27,410 nt of DNA from Octopus sinensis (lineage: Eukaryota). Position 1 is the first letter of the stretch. Each line of letters starts with the position of its first letter. Positions 1 to 11,514 of this stretch are shown piece after piece. The position numbers and the translations under genes are program-made. Location of the stretch: assembly GCF_006345805.1 (NCBI RefSeq), contig NW_021833388.1:1-27410 (forward strand), in the 5' to 3' direction. Under the pieces are notes generated by a model. The model was not told the origin of the DNA. It saw only the letters and a list, made by a program, of their open reading frames with translations, and did no database searches.

Positions 1-15
1 TATGAAATGTATATG

Positions 16-60
16 CTTTACTGATGATGTCCTAATAAGGCCGAAATTTGTTAGGAGTCT
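16..60 (+). ncRNA. Degenerate hammerhead-ribozyme-like motif, probably from a Penelope-like terminal repeat
   Basis: CTGATGA (21-27), short hairpin cct-aata-agg, then GAAA (43-46). Stems I and III are poorly formed in this copy. Confidence 0.3.
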
Positions 61-420
61 TCCACCATGTGACCTTTAATCATTTGTCCATTTTATTGCT
101 CTCTGCCTTCAGTGTATTAAATCTAACTTACCAACTTATCAACAAGTACTAACGAACTGAACACTTTTGTCAAAGACAGGAAGACGGAAAGGGAGAAACC
201 AACAAAGAACGATCGAACGAACGATCGAAAGAAAAGAAGGAAGAAAAGAAGAAAGGAAGAGAGAATTATCCTCTAATGTATAATTAGTATCAAAATATAT
301 GCGAGCATAGTTTTCGTAGGTTTTTTGCGAATTCTTCGCAGTTCATGAGATTTGAATTTAATGATGGCGTCGATACAATAATTTAACCGTTTGTTTACGT
401 TCACGAATGAGAGCCTTATT

Positions 421-792
421 CTTTTCTACTCAAAGCACAAGGCCCGATATTTTTTGGAAGGAGGCTAGTCGATTAGATCGCCCCCAGTACGCAACTGCTA
501 CTTAATTTATCGATCTCGAAAGGATGAAAAGCAAAGTTGACTTCGGCGGAATTTAACTCGGAACATAAAGACAGACGTGCTAACGTTTCTTATTTCTTTA
601 TTGCCCACAAGGGGCTAAATATAGAGGGGACAAACAAGGACAGACAAAGGGGTTATGTCGATTACATCGACCCCAGCGCGTAACTGGTACTTAATTTATC
701 GACCCCGAAAGGATGAAAGGCAAAGTCGACCTCAGCGGAGTTCGAACTCGGAACGTAACAGCAGAGGAAATACCGCTAAGCATTTCGCCCGG
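421..792 (-). mobile_element. Dimeric tRNA-derived SINE (family A): two SINE bodies joined by a Tx1-like 3' tail
   Basis: Two direct copies of the body (gtcgattacatcgaccccag...gaaaggatgaaaggcaaagtcgacctc..gaactcggaac at ~455-577 and ~657-790). B-box-like gagttcgaactcc on the minus strand. The linker at ~590-650 ends in gccccttgtgggcAATAAAGAAAT on the minus strand. Confidence 0.8.
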
Positions 793-1061
793 TCTTTTTT
801 GCCGAACCGCTAAGTGACGGGACGTAAACACACCAGCATCGGTTGTCAAGCGATGTTGGGGCGACAAACACAGATACACACACACACACACACGCATATG
901 ACGGACTTCTTTCAGTTTCTGTGTACCAAATCCACTCACAAGGCTTTAGTTGGCCCGAGGCTATATTAGAAGACACTTGCCCAAGGTGCCATGAAGTGAG
1001 ACTGAACCCGGAACCATGTGGTTGGTAAGCAAGCTACTTACCACACAGCCACTCCTGCGCC
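793..1061 (-). mobile_element. tRNA-derived SINE (family B, CORE-like ccttgggcaagtg motif), 3'-truncated
   Basis: Minus strand begins ggcgcaggagtggctgtgtggtaag (A-box-like), has gggttcagt (B-box-like), then gcaccttgggcaagtgtcttc and an internal (CA)n. About ten homologous copies occur in the window. Confidence 0.85.
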
Positions 1062-1311
1062 ATATTAATGGTATAAAGAAATAGGATTTCCATAAAAAAA
1101 TGCTAAAGTTAGGTAGGGACAAAAGTTATATAAAATAAAATACATGAAGACTACAACACACACACACACACACAGCATGCAAGGACATACACACACACTC
1201 ACTCACACAAGCGTATATGCTTCAAGCATATGTTATTTCTATAAAATATGCTTTTAAATACACAACTTGGTTCGGCAATTATGCTGCGTGCCGTTCTGTT
1301 AAATTTAAAGT

Positions 1312-1445
1312 GGGTCGATTTTGCCTTTCATCCTTCCAGGGGTATGATAAAAAAATGTAGCAGTCACGCACTGGAATAGACTTTATCAGCTGTGTCTTCC
1401 CAAAGAAATTCTTGGCCTTCTGCCTATGTTAGGAGTTATTTTATT
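1312..1445 (+). mobile_element. Family A SINE fragment (body and 3' tail)
   Basis: ggtcgattttgcctttcatccttccagggg matches the reverse complement of the 421-792 and 7692-7856 bodies. Confidence 0.6.
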
Positions 1446-2037
1446 AAAATTCTCCAGACCCGCATCTAGACCCCCTACCATATTATATGGTGGATGGTAA
1501 ACCTCAGAAGGCCATGCTGTAACGAATCTTGTGCCTGAAAAATACGTTAGCAATATCTTGAAGTACTGATTGCCGAAAATATTTGGAGTTAATGCAGCAC
1601 ATAAACAAGCAGATATAATAGTATATGCATTTTAAAACTTATTTACATTTCACATGGTAATGAATAAAAAGTACTTTGTGGTCTTACATTTGGTTATGTA
1701 AACGCATACGTATCTACACACATGAGTATATGTACGTGCATATATGTGTATGTGTGTATGTATATATAGATATATACATGTGCATATTAAGGATACATAT
1801 CTGTGTGTATAAGTGTATATATGCGAGTCTGTATCTTTGCATGTCTATGATGTGAGTATGTGAATGTAAGTTATTTTACACTCATTACTTTACTATTGCC
1901 GCTGTATTGCTTCACTTCTTCTAGTTTGACTAGCTAAGTGGTCATCGCTCTTACGAGTTATTCTGAATAACGAATGGCTGCTACATATTTACATTATTTA
2001 CATTCGCCGGGTATTCGTCCTCATCTTGTTTGTTGTT

Positions 2038-2083
2038 AACACAACTTTTCGGCTGATATACTCTCCAGCCTTCTTCAGGTGTC
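2038..2083 (-). ncRNA. Minimal type I hammerhead ribozyme motif (left arm)
   Basis: Minus strand: gacac-CTGAAGA-a-ggctg-(10 nt)-cagcc-GAAA-agtt-gtgtt. Stem I gacac/gtgtt, perfect stem II. The palindromic stem III is lost through a C>A change. Confidence 0.5.
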
Positions 2084-2235
2084 TTGGGGGAAATTCCTAA
2101 GGTATTTTTCTATGTTGTTGTTGTTGTTGTTGTTGTTATTATTATTATTATTATTGTTATTATTGTTCCACTCCTTGGAATCGAACTCGGAATCTTGGTG
2201 TTAGTAGCCCGCACTATAATAATAACAACAACAAC

Positions 2236-2284
<49 letters not shown>

Positions 2285-2360
2285 TAATAATAATAATAAT
2301 GATAATAATAACATCGAAAAATACCTTAGGAATGAGAACCCAGGTTCGAAATTTCCCCAA

Positions 2361-2406
2361 GACACCTGAAGACGGCTGGAGGGTATATCAACCGAAACGT
2401 TGTGTT
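2361..2406 (+). ncRNA. Minimal type I hammerhead ribozyme motif (right arm)
   Basis: gacac-CTGAAGA-c-ggctg-gagggtatat-caacc-GAAA-CGTT-gtgtt. CUGANGA and GAAA cores intact, palindromic AACGTT stem III, one mismatch in stem II. Confidence 0.55.
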
Positions 2407-3255
2407 AACAACAAGCAAGATGAGGACGAATATCCGTCAAATGTAAATGATGTACATAATTCCTCATCTCTTAAATATAGAACTGAATGACTGCTACATA
2501 GTTCAAAGTTATGTACAGATCACTGTTCATGGATACAAACCGTACAAACCAAAATTATGATATGATGTGCATTAACAATTTAACTGCATAAAGATATATT
2601 GTAGTTTAATCTGGAGGTTACTTTAGATATAAACTGCCAGATATATTCTTTTATAGTAAATAGGCTCACATTTTCACAAAGCACACGTATACAGGAAGGT
2701 CTTCAATAGAAATTGTATCCAAGTTACCTATTCCACCACTGAGAATTACTCGATATCTTCAGTTAGCATCAACAATAATAAGTCCATGACAATAACGACT
2801 ACCGTCAATACTACAAAATATAGTTTCACTACTGCAATATTATGTTCTTGCATTGAAAATTGTTTAGCTTGTTCTATAATATACATCCCAACTAAGTTGA
2901 CAAACAACGACTCCACAGTAAAATATTATAAATGTTTAACGGTGAACCTTTTCAGGTGTGAATATACCTTACAAAGGTATATATTTAGTATGCCAGCCGG
3001 AAAATTGAATAGTGCACTTTTTCCAGATATTTTGCAGATTTAAACTCTAGAAACACGGGTTTGTAAATAGATTGAGAAGTTTTTGATTTTCCAAGGGTTT
3101 ATAACCAATGAAAAAACATTTGTTAGTTTTCTTCATCTAAGAAAAATCGGTTAGGTACCATAATGAGAAACAACTTAAATCGTTAATCAAAATTTGTTAG
3201 AAAGCACAATTGTGGTTCACCTTAATTTAAAAAAGAACGGGTAAAATTTTTTTTT

Positions 3256-3450
3256 GCTTGTCAAGCGATGGAAGGGGACAAACACACACACACATGCACA
3301 CATACACATATTTACTGATATATACATACATGCGACAGACTTTCACACAGTTTCTGTCTACCAAATTCCCTCACAAGACATTGGTCGCCCCGGTGCAATA
3401 GAAGAGACTTACCCAAAGTGCCGCACAATGGGACTGAACCCTGAACCACA
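3256..3450 (-). mobile_element. Family B SINE fragment
   Basis: Homology to 793-1061 (tcaagcgatg...agtttctgtctaccaaattccctcacaag...gggactgaaccc). Confidence 0.75.
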
Positions 3451-3529
3451 CAGGCAAGTGCTGGTGTCAATGTCATCGACTTGTTCCCTACGACTAAAAA
3501 CTGCTGGTCTTGCGCCTATAGAAGAAAAG

Positions 3530-3566
<37 letters not shown>

Positions 3567-4854
3567 ACAACATCATCATCATCCTCATTGTTATTATTAT
3601 TATTATCATTATTACAACTGAATGTTACTTGTAAGAGTAAACGTTTGACAGGGCTCCTGCGACGAAAGGAATTTTACGATTACTTAATGAAAATATTTTT
3701 AACAACTTTGTTTTTTCTTTATATTTGTCGTGAAGTACTTACAGAAATGTTTGAACTGCCGAGTTATTTAGACTCCACCCCATTCTGGGGGTAAATTAAA
3801 GGTTAGTTCTTTAAATTTCTAGTACGCAGTCATTTGTGTTTTTTCTTCTCTCGACATGGTGTCTGCATTGGCTGCGGTCCTTTCCCCAATGATGGTACAA
3901 GCCTCGGTGGTGAAAATAAAATTATAAATTAAAACAACGCCTTCAAGCGATTTTTTTGCAGCAAAGCAGATTCTTACATGTTTTGAGGGAAAAAAATACG
4001 CAGACGATGTGACCGATAGACAAACAGGGATGCGAACACGAACAGTTGCACTTTACAAGAAGATGAATGTTGCACTTTAACAAAAAGTTATTGGTGAAAA
4101 CATGACCGGCGTTAGGAAGGGCGAAAGCCAATCAGATAATTTTCAGTGGGACTATCTTCTCTACAAAAGGTGAAGATCGATGTTTCATGTTTCGTGTAGT
4201 ACGCCAGACCCAGCCAAAATGCACTGAGGGCCTGAGGCTCTACCATTAGCCACAATGATATACTAAAAATTCGTCGTAGGGTCCTTTGCTCGAGCATGTG
4301 CTCAGAGTCTTCTCTTGGCGTGGGGCTCGGTTTGAATAAATCTGATCTAATTGGCTTAAAAACGGCCCTGGGTGAAAATAATATATTAAATGATACAAAA
4401 ATATGAACGAACAGAAAAACAGGTAGATGGCAGCAGAGACACCGCTGATACCCTTGAAGAGACTAACACGTAATAATAACACAAAGAGTATAAACTCCAA
4501 CAGCAAAATGAACAAAGGGTCATTTTTGCTAGCGTGGTGGATCACAAAGAATTATAGAATATGCGTCAACTTCAAAAAAAGAAGATATTGTGGGAGAAGT
4601 GCATCACAAAAACATGTGCTTCTTTGCCCGAAAATGCAAGCCAAAGGGAAATCCTGTGTATTGTTAAATTTCTGACAAAGATAGAAGAGTGGAAGAGGTA
4701 TGTTACTAAATGATTTCTCCTTTATCTTTGCCTCGTTAAAGGAGTTCCAGGAATGTTTCTCTCAATGAAAACAAAGCTCAGATAAAGAGTGCAGCTTCAG
4801 GGGGAACGACTTAGAAGGAAATTAAATGCCATATCGATATTCTTTTTATTTTTT

Positions 4855-5160
4855 TTATTCTTTTACTTGTTTCAGTCATTTGACTACGGCCATGCTGGAG
4901 ACGTAAACACACCAACACCGGCTGTCAAGCGATTGTGCGGTGACAAGCACAGACATACAAATACGTACATACATACACACACACACATACACACACACAC
5001 TCACACACTCACACACACACAAACACATGTATACTTACTTGGAAATGGATGCGTGGCGTTCAATTAAATAATAATAATAAATAATATATATCCATGTATA
5101 TACATACATACATACATACATACATACATACATAATATATATATATATATATATATAATA

Positions 5161-5199
<39 letters not shown>

Positions 5200-5370
5200 T
5201 ATATATGCGATGGGCTTCTTTCAGTTTCTGTCTACCAAATCCCCTCACATGGCTTTGGTCAGCCCGAGGCTATAGTAAAAGACACTTGCCCAAGGTACCA
5301 CGCAGTAGAACTGAATCCGAAACCTTGTGGTTGGGAAGAAAGCTTCTAACTACACAGCCACTCCCGTGCC
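4855..5370 (-). mobile_element. Family B SINE with an expanded internal microsatellite
   Basis: 3' part ttttacttgtttcagtcatttgactacggccatgctggag at 4861; 5' part gggcttctttcagtttc...tacacagccactcccgtgcc at 5212-5370; separated by about 260 bp of CA/TACA/TA repeats. Confidence 0.8.
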
Positions 5371-5809
5371 TATGCTATAGTTTTCTTTTTCATAGCATAA
5401 ATCCTCATACGTCTTGATCAGACCTATAGTTTTGTGCATGCATGTGTGTGAGTGTGTGGGTGTGTGTATGTGTGTGTGCGTGTGTGAGTGTGTATGTGTG
5501 TGTGTTTGTAGTGTCAAAGAGCTCTATTGCCAAAGCACGCTGAATGTCCAGTCAGATGCGGCAAATCACTTGCGTCCAAACTGCCGCGCCCAATCGTCCT
5601 AGTCCGACACAAGACCAGTATTTTAATAAACAATTTCACTTATATCTGTATTGAACATTTTTCCCTTCTTTGTAAGCTCAAACATATACACACACATACA
5701 CACATACGCATACATACACGCATGCACGCTGACATGTGTGTTTGCAATGATGTGTATACGTGTGTATCGATCTGTTTGTCTGCCTATCTGTCTGCTGTCT
5801 GTCTACCTG

Positions 5810-5923
<114 letters not shown>

Positions 5924-6109
5924 TAACAGAGAGTGAGTGAGTGCGAGAATGAGAGAGAGACAGAGGGAGAGAGAGAGAAACAGCGACAAAGAAAGAAGTG
6001 TGTATACATGTATATGTGTATGTGAAATCCATGTGTGTGCTTAATTATGTGTAGTTTTACAGTTTATGTGTGAAAAAACACTAAAGTTCAAAACAATATA
6101 TAGGCCCTG

Positions 6110-6574
6110 ATATACAGTATATGTATTCATGTATATGTATGTATGTATGCATGTATGTATGTATGTATACACAGCCACATGCACGTGCATACATATACCT
6201 GAGTGTGTGTTTCTATGTATGAATGTATGTATACACAGCCAGAAGCACGTGCGTATATATATATATATATTATATATATATATGCATGTGTGTGCTGTAT
6301 ATATGTATGTATGCATACCTATACATATACAAACACGTACAAATATACAAACATGTATATATATATATATATATAAGATATATATATATACATATATATA
6401 TATATAATATATATATATATATATAAATAATCTATATTTATAGATATATCTGTGTATGTATGTATTATGTATGTATGCATACCTATAGATATACACACAG
6501 GTACAAATATAACAATATATATATATATATATATACATACATACATATATGCATACATATATATATAGATATAC

Positions 6575-6605
<31 letters not shown>

Positions 6606-6714
6606 TGTATATATATATATTATATATATGTATACATATGGTGAGGGTACTTGTTGCATGTGTGTGTCTGCATATGCGCGCACGTGTGTGTGCATGTGTG
6701 CGTGTGTGCGTGTG

Positions 6715-6757
<43 letters not shown>

Positions 6758-6760
6758 AAC
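6110..6760. repeat. Compound (TATG)n/(TA)n/(TG)n microsatellite tract
   Basis: Read directly from the sequence. Confidence 0.9.
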
Positions 6761-7180
6761 CTTTTATTTGGGCGTTATTTCTCAGATGTTAAAAACAAGA
6801 TTACCATTATCTCGTCGACTACAAAACAAAAGTAAAAAATAAATAAATAAAACAAAAACCTTTTTTGTCTATCTTAACATTGAGGTAGAATTTGTGATGT
6901 CTGGATATCTACGTATGTGTATATGCATGTAGAGCTGGTGAGCATGTGATCGTGTACTGTGCACCTCTGTGTATATAGTTGTGTGTGTGTGTGTGTGTGT
7001 GTGAGCACAAATGCGTTAAGACGAAGAAGAATGAACTGTTAAAATATACTTGGAAGCCTGTCTGATTAAAACACGTATACTGGAGCGTTGTACTGTTTGA
7101 TGGATTACAACATTAAAAACACCAGCAAAAGTAAACATAAGATTATTAATATAATATGATTATTAATTATAGACGTTTGT

Positions 7181-7297
7181 TTCAAAATTTGGCACAAGGC
7201 CAGTAGTCTTAGGGGAAGGGGTAAAGTCGATTACATGGATCCCAGTGTTCAACTGGTGCCACATAGTTCCGGTTTCAGTCCCACTGCGTGGCACCTT
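7181..7297. mobile_element. Abutting fragments: family A SINE 3' end (minus) and family B SINE head (plus)
   Basis: ttcaaaatttggcacaaggcc...gtcgattacatggatcccagtg is followed directly by ccacatagttccggtttcagtcccactgcgtggcacctt. Confidence 0.6.
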
Positions 7298-7329
7298 TTT
7301 ACCGTTTTATTATTGTTGAAATATATATA

Positions 7330-7640
7330 TCACCGTGATCACCGTGACCGTCCAGGCTATCAGATGTTGCTACACATCGCTGGTCACAATGCGCTTCGCA
7401 TTCTTTTAGCCTTCAAATGACGCCACCCCGCTGGCAAGGCGAGCAGGCCAACAGAAGAAAGAGTGAGAGAAAGTTGTGGCGAAAGACTACAGCAGGGATC
7501 GCTACCACCTCCTGCCGGAGATCGTGGAGCTTTAGGTATTTTCGCTCAATAAACACTCACAACGTCCGGTCTGGGAATTGAAACCGCGATCCTACAACCG
7601 CGAGTCCGCTGCCCTAACCACTGGGACATTTCACCTCCAC
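7330..7640 (-). mobile_element. Full-length tRNA(Arg)-like SINE (family C; resembles the octopus OR-type SINEs)
   Basis: Minus strand: gtggaggtgaaatgtcccagtggttagggcagcggac-TCG-cgg...ggtttcaattccc (A box, TCG anticodon-like loop, B box), ending in cacggtgatcacggtga followed by (TA)n. Confidence 0.75.
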
Positions 7641-7655
7641 AACACACACACACAC

Positions 7656-7691
<36 letters not shown>

Positions 7692-7694
<3 letters not shown>

Positions 7695-7856
7695 CTCAAA
7701 TTTTGCCACAACGGTAGCAATTTGGGGGGAGGGGAAAAGTCGATTACATTGATCCTAGTGTTTCACTGGTCCTTAGTTTATCGACCCTTAAAGGATGAAT
7801 GGCAAAATCGACCTCGGTGGAATTTGAACTCAGAACGTAGCGACGGGTGAAATACC
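7692..7856 (-). mobile_element. Family A SINE, 3' half (B box and body), split off by the Tx1 insertion
   Basis: Minus strand ggtatttcacccgtcgctacgttctgagttcaaattccaccgaggtcg...; B box at 7820-7829; homologous to 421-792. Confidence 0.85.
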
Positions 7857-8111
7857 AATTTCTTTATTGCCCACCGGGGGCCAAACAGATATGGACAGTA
7901 CAACTGATGGGATCAGTGAATCGATATGATTTTACATAAATGTGACATCAAAAAAAAATACAATACATAAAAATCGAATGGAATACACAGTACAAAAACA
8001 ATACAAATGAAGCGATGATCAAGTTACGCTCCGATCCCACAAGCCCCGATCTACCGCTGATACCTTTTATTTTTCCTTTTTTTTTTTTTTTTTTTTTTTT
8101 TCCTCGTCTAT

Positions 8112-11100
8112 TCACACGGTTCCTTGCACGCACAACACTCGTGCAACATACTTCCATCTCTTTTGGAACGTACACTCTGACAGACACCTCTTCTCCAGCC
8201 ACAGTTTCCTTTTCAAATGAAAAGAAAAAAAGGATCGTAAATTGTCACCAGAGATAAAGTTGCCTGTCTTAATTCCTTTTATCCTAGTATTCCATACAGC
8301 CTCTTTTGCTATTGCTACAACCGTGAGAAAACAATTCTTACCTTCGTCGTTTAGAACTCCCGGTGGGTCAATTTTTATAATTGACTCAGTCGACAGCCGT
8401 ACTCTTCCTTCGCCGGACAACAGATGTTCAGCATAAGCCCACATTTCAGTTATCTCCGGACACTGAACAATAGCGTGAGGGACGGTTTCCCTGTCCCCAC
8501 CGCATCTTGGACAGGTCGGCGACTGACGTTTACCATGTCTTGCGAGCTTATCCCAAACGGGCAAGGCACCTCTGTAGCAATGCCAGGTTAAGGACTTTTG
8601 GAAGTTGTCCAACGTTCTCAACCCGAATGTACGATGAAACAAGCTGTCCAGTTGAATAAATCCGAGACCTAGAGTCGACCCCAGGCCATCGTCGCATTCA
8701 GACTCTACCAACCCATATATAAAATCCGTGTGGAACCCCCACCGCTGGCGTTGCCCGAGCGCCGGAACAGCAAGAGGGCCTTACGGCACTCTTTATGCCA
8801 CTCACTCGACCTCGGTCTACGAGAACACCAGGCTTCCTGTTCGCAAAAACTCTTGAACTCATGGAACATTTGTCTGGCCAGCGGAGACCACACCCGTTCA
8901 CTATCCAGGAGAATCCAGAGGTGCCTCAACCTCAACGCATGTCTGCGCATCATTAACCAAGGCATCCCTAAACCTCCATTTAAAGGCTTTTGACAGCAGA
9001 CAGAGCGTTTCACAAGTGGCGACCTGCCCTTCCACAAAAAGCGAAAGAGCTGTCTCTCCAACCTGATCAACCACGAATCCGGACAGGGCACGACAGTCAG
9101 GCGGTAGGTAATGACCGATGCGATAAACACATTGGCCACTTCCGCCCTCCCTTTCAGGGATAGCCACCGCCAAGACCAAGTCTTGACTACTGCAGCCACC
9201 CTGCTCAATACCTCCGTCCAGTTCTTCTCTATCTGGAGGCCTGGTCCAAACCAGACTCCCAGCAACTTAACCGGTCCCTCCGTCCAGCGCCTAACAACAC
9301 TGTCTGAAGGCATCGACTTGCCAACCCAGGTGCCGAGCTGCAAGCCGACCGACTTTTCCCGGTTAATCTTTGCTCCTGCTACCTCCTCGTAAGCCTCAAT
9401 AGTCTTACCTACTTCACGTAGGCGTACCACTGTGGTTACACTGATAGTGATATCATCCGCGAAAGCCGTAACAAACTCCTCTAGTCCTGGTTCTCTCGGG
9501 ATGCCACTCAACCTTTGCAGTAATGGCTCGAGAGCCATCACATACAAAGTGAGGTGAAAGCGGACATCCTTGACGAACCGAGCGTCTGATGCAGAACGGC
9601 TTCGAAAGGAAACCGTTCACCCGAACTATCGAGTCAATGTTGTGGTACAAAGCGATAAACCACCTGAGGAAGCCAAGGCCCAGGCCAAACCGCGCAAGTA
9701 CAGTCGCTAGGTATCGATGGTCAACCCTATCAAAAGCTTTAGACTGGTCCAAATGCACCAATGCCCCACCTTTGCCAGATTTATTACCAACCCTCTCTAT
9801 GGTATAGCGAATAAGATGGAGGGTATCCTGAATGGTTCTGCCTGGGATGGCACATATCTGTGCCTCCCCGACTATACCATTCGCGACACGCGCCAACCTT
9901 TTTGCTAGAACCTTGGCCAAAATCTTCACTTCTGCGTTTAACAGAGTGATGGACCTGAAATTCTCTAGAACGTCCCCTTGTCCGGGTCCTTTCTGACCAA
10001 CGTCACTACTCCCCGGCGCACAGATCTGGGGATAAACCCATACTGTTTCCAGTTCGCGTACACGTCAGTCAGTAGTTGCCCGAACAAGTCTGGCATACAT
10101 TTATACACCTCGTACGGAAGACCATCAAGTCCCGGTGACTTACCCGCTTTACAATCGGCCAAAGCCTCCATCACCTCCTCAAGTGTGATTGGCCCTTCGC
10201 AAGACTCCGCATCCGACCCCGAGAGCACGGCAGTCCGGTAAGAAAGTCCTCGAGGGCTCTCCCACCACCAGGACCGCCGTCACCCCCGAACAGCTGGGCG
10301 AAGTACTCCCGAAAGACCTCACACATTTTCTCGGGTTCGTTTATCAAGACACCATTTTGATTCGTCAAAGACCGAATAGAGGAACTATTTCCTTGCCGAG
10401 CTTCCACCACTCGGGCCCATCCAGCGGCTTTGATTCCTTCACTTCCCATTGCACGTAACTTAGCTCTGGTAATACTTCCCATGTGGTGGGCTTCAAGATG
10501 CTGGTTTAACTCCAGTCTTTTCACCCTCGCTTGGTCTGTATTACCAGTCCTCCAGGCTTCTTCTAGTTCCTTAACTAGACCATCTCCTATTTTACGTCCC
10601 TCTTAGCTAAACTTATGCTAAACCTAATAGACTCATATTTGATGGCTCTTTTTAGGGCGTACCACCATTTGTTATTAATGATGGTACCTGTTAATGCCCT
10701 CTGTATTACATCTTGATCCGCTTTCTGTACTCCTCAATCGCCAAAAGGGACGTATTGAGTTTCCAGTAGCCAGATCCCTGTCTATGCAACTTATCTACCG
10801 TCAGTTTACAGGTAACCATCTTGTGGTCACTGTAGCTGACTAGAAAAAACTGTGGACACTCAACTATGGACTTATCTTTTTCTCTAATTAAAATCCTATC
10901 TAGATATGTTCTGGTAGACCCGTCACTATTTGACCACGTCCACTGTGGAGTGTTCGGGTGCTCCAACCTATATGGATCTGCTAGCTGAAATTGACTTAGC
11001 AGATCCCGAAAGCCTGTGTGTTACATTTTCTGTTCATGTTCGAGTTTGAGCCAACACAATCTGTGTGTGCTGCACATATTGTATTAGAGTCTCCTAACAC

Positions 11101-11511
11101 TACTAGTGAATGCGACGTGGCTAGGAACTTTCCTAGGCCACGAAAATATTCAGTTTGCGGGCCAATAATGTTTGGTGCATAAATAGCGACCAGCCTGATT
11201 GTCTTGCCACAACTGAATGTCAAGTCGAGAACGACCAGCCTGCCTTCTGGGTCAGAAAAAACCAACTTTTTCTCGGCTACCCGGTTTCTTTTTAGTAGGA
11301 CAAACACCCCACCCCCACCTCCCGCCCGACTCGGAGAAACGTATTTCTCGTAGCCGTTCAGGAGGGGGAGCAGATCTCTTGGCCCCTTCACCCGGGTTTC
11401 CGTTGCAACAATTACATCCAAATTTCTCGACCTGATGTCATTCAGAAAGCGTCCTTGCTTCCAGCTTGACAACAGGCCATGAACATTTAAACAACCAATG
11501 TGAATAGCCAT
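8112..11511 (-). pseudogene. ORF2: APE endonuclease, reverse transcriptase and C-terminal zinc finger, broken by several frameshifts or stops
   Basis: Track fragments 10996-11514 (GCLNVHGL, ATETR, VLGDSN), 10706-10966 (TYLDR, YSDH, GYWKLN), 10171-10524, 9965-10228 (KSPGLDGLPYEVY), 9453-9929 (LDQSKAFDRV, VRQGCPLSP), 8705-9547 (AFADD) and 8112-8711 (CPRC-X8-H-X4-C). Confidence 0.93.
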
Positions 11512-11514
11512 CAC

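Larger units (their letters stand above)
1988..2484 (-). mobile_element. Foldback non-autonomous retroelement: inverted ~125-175-bp arms carrying hammerhead motifs around a tRNA-like core and (AAY)n tracts
   Basis: Arm 1988-2110 is the reverse complement of arm ~2310-2484. tRNA-like segment at 2168-2215 (minus strand, perfect B box gagttcgattcc at 2177-2188). Flanked by the direct repeat gaatggctgctacata (1972-1987) / gaatgactgctacata (2485-2500). Confidence 0.75.

Noticed and set aside
421-792. CRISPR-like or prokaryotic direct-repeat array
   Set aside because: Only two long SINE units; eukaryotic context, no regular spacers and no cas genes.
2084-2287. Hydrophobic poly-V/I ORF resembling a membrane peptide
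   Set aside because: Derived from (GTT)n/(ATT)n/(AAT)n tracts of the foldback element. Similarly 3254-3794 and 26668-27308.
2680-2820. Minus-strand reading IDGSRYCHGLIIVDAN*RYRVILSGGIG, vaguely like a Harbinger transposase, with splice-like flanks
   Set aside because: In-frame stop, wrong motif spacing and no supporting downstream motifs.
8076-8101. Poly(T) run as the LINE poly(A) tail
   Set aside because: About 220 nt of further 3' UTR, ending in AATAAAGAAA and the TSD at 7857, lies beyond it, so it is an internal A-tract.
8730-10458. Plus-strand ORFs opposite ORF2
   Set aside because: Antisense shadows of the GC-richer retrotransposon coding region; no recognisable domains.
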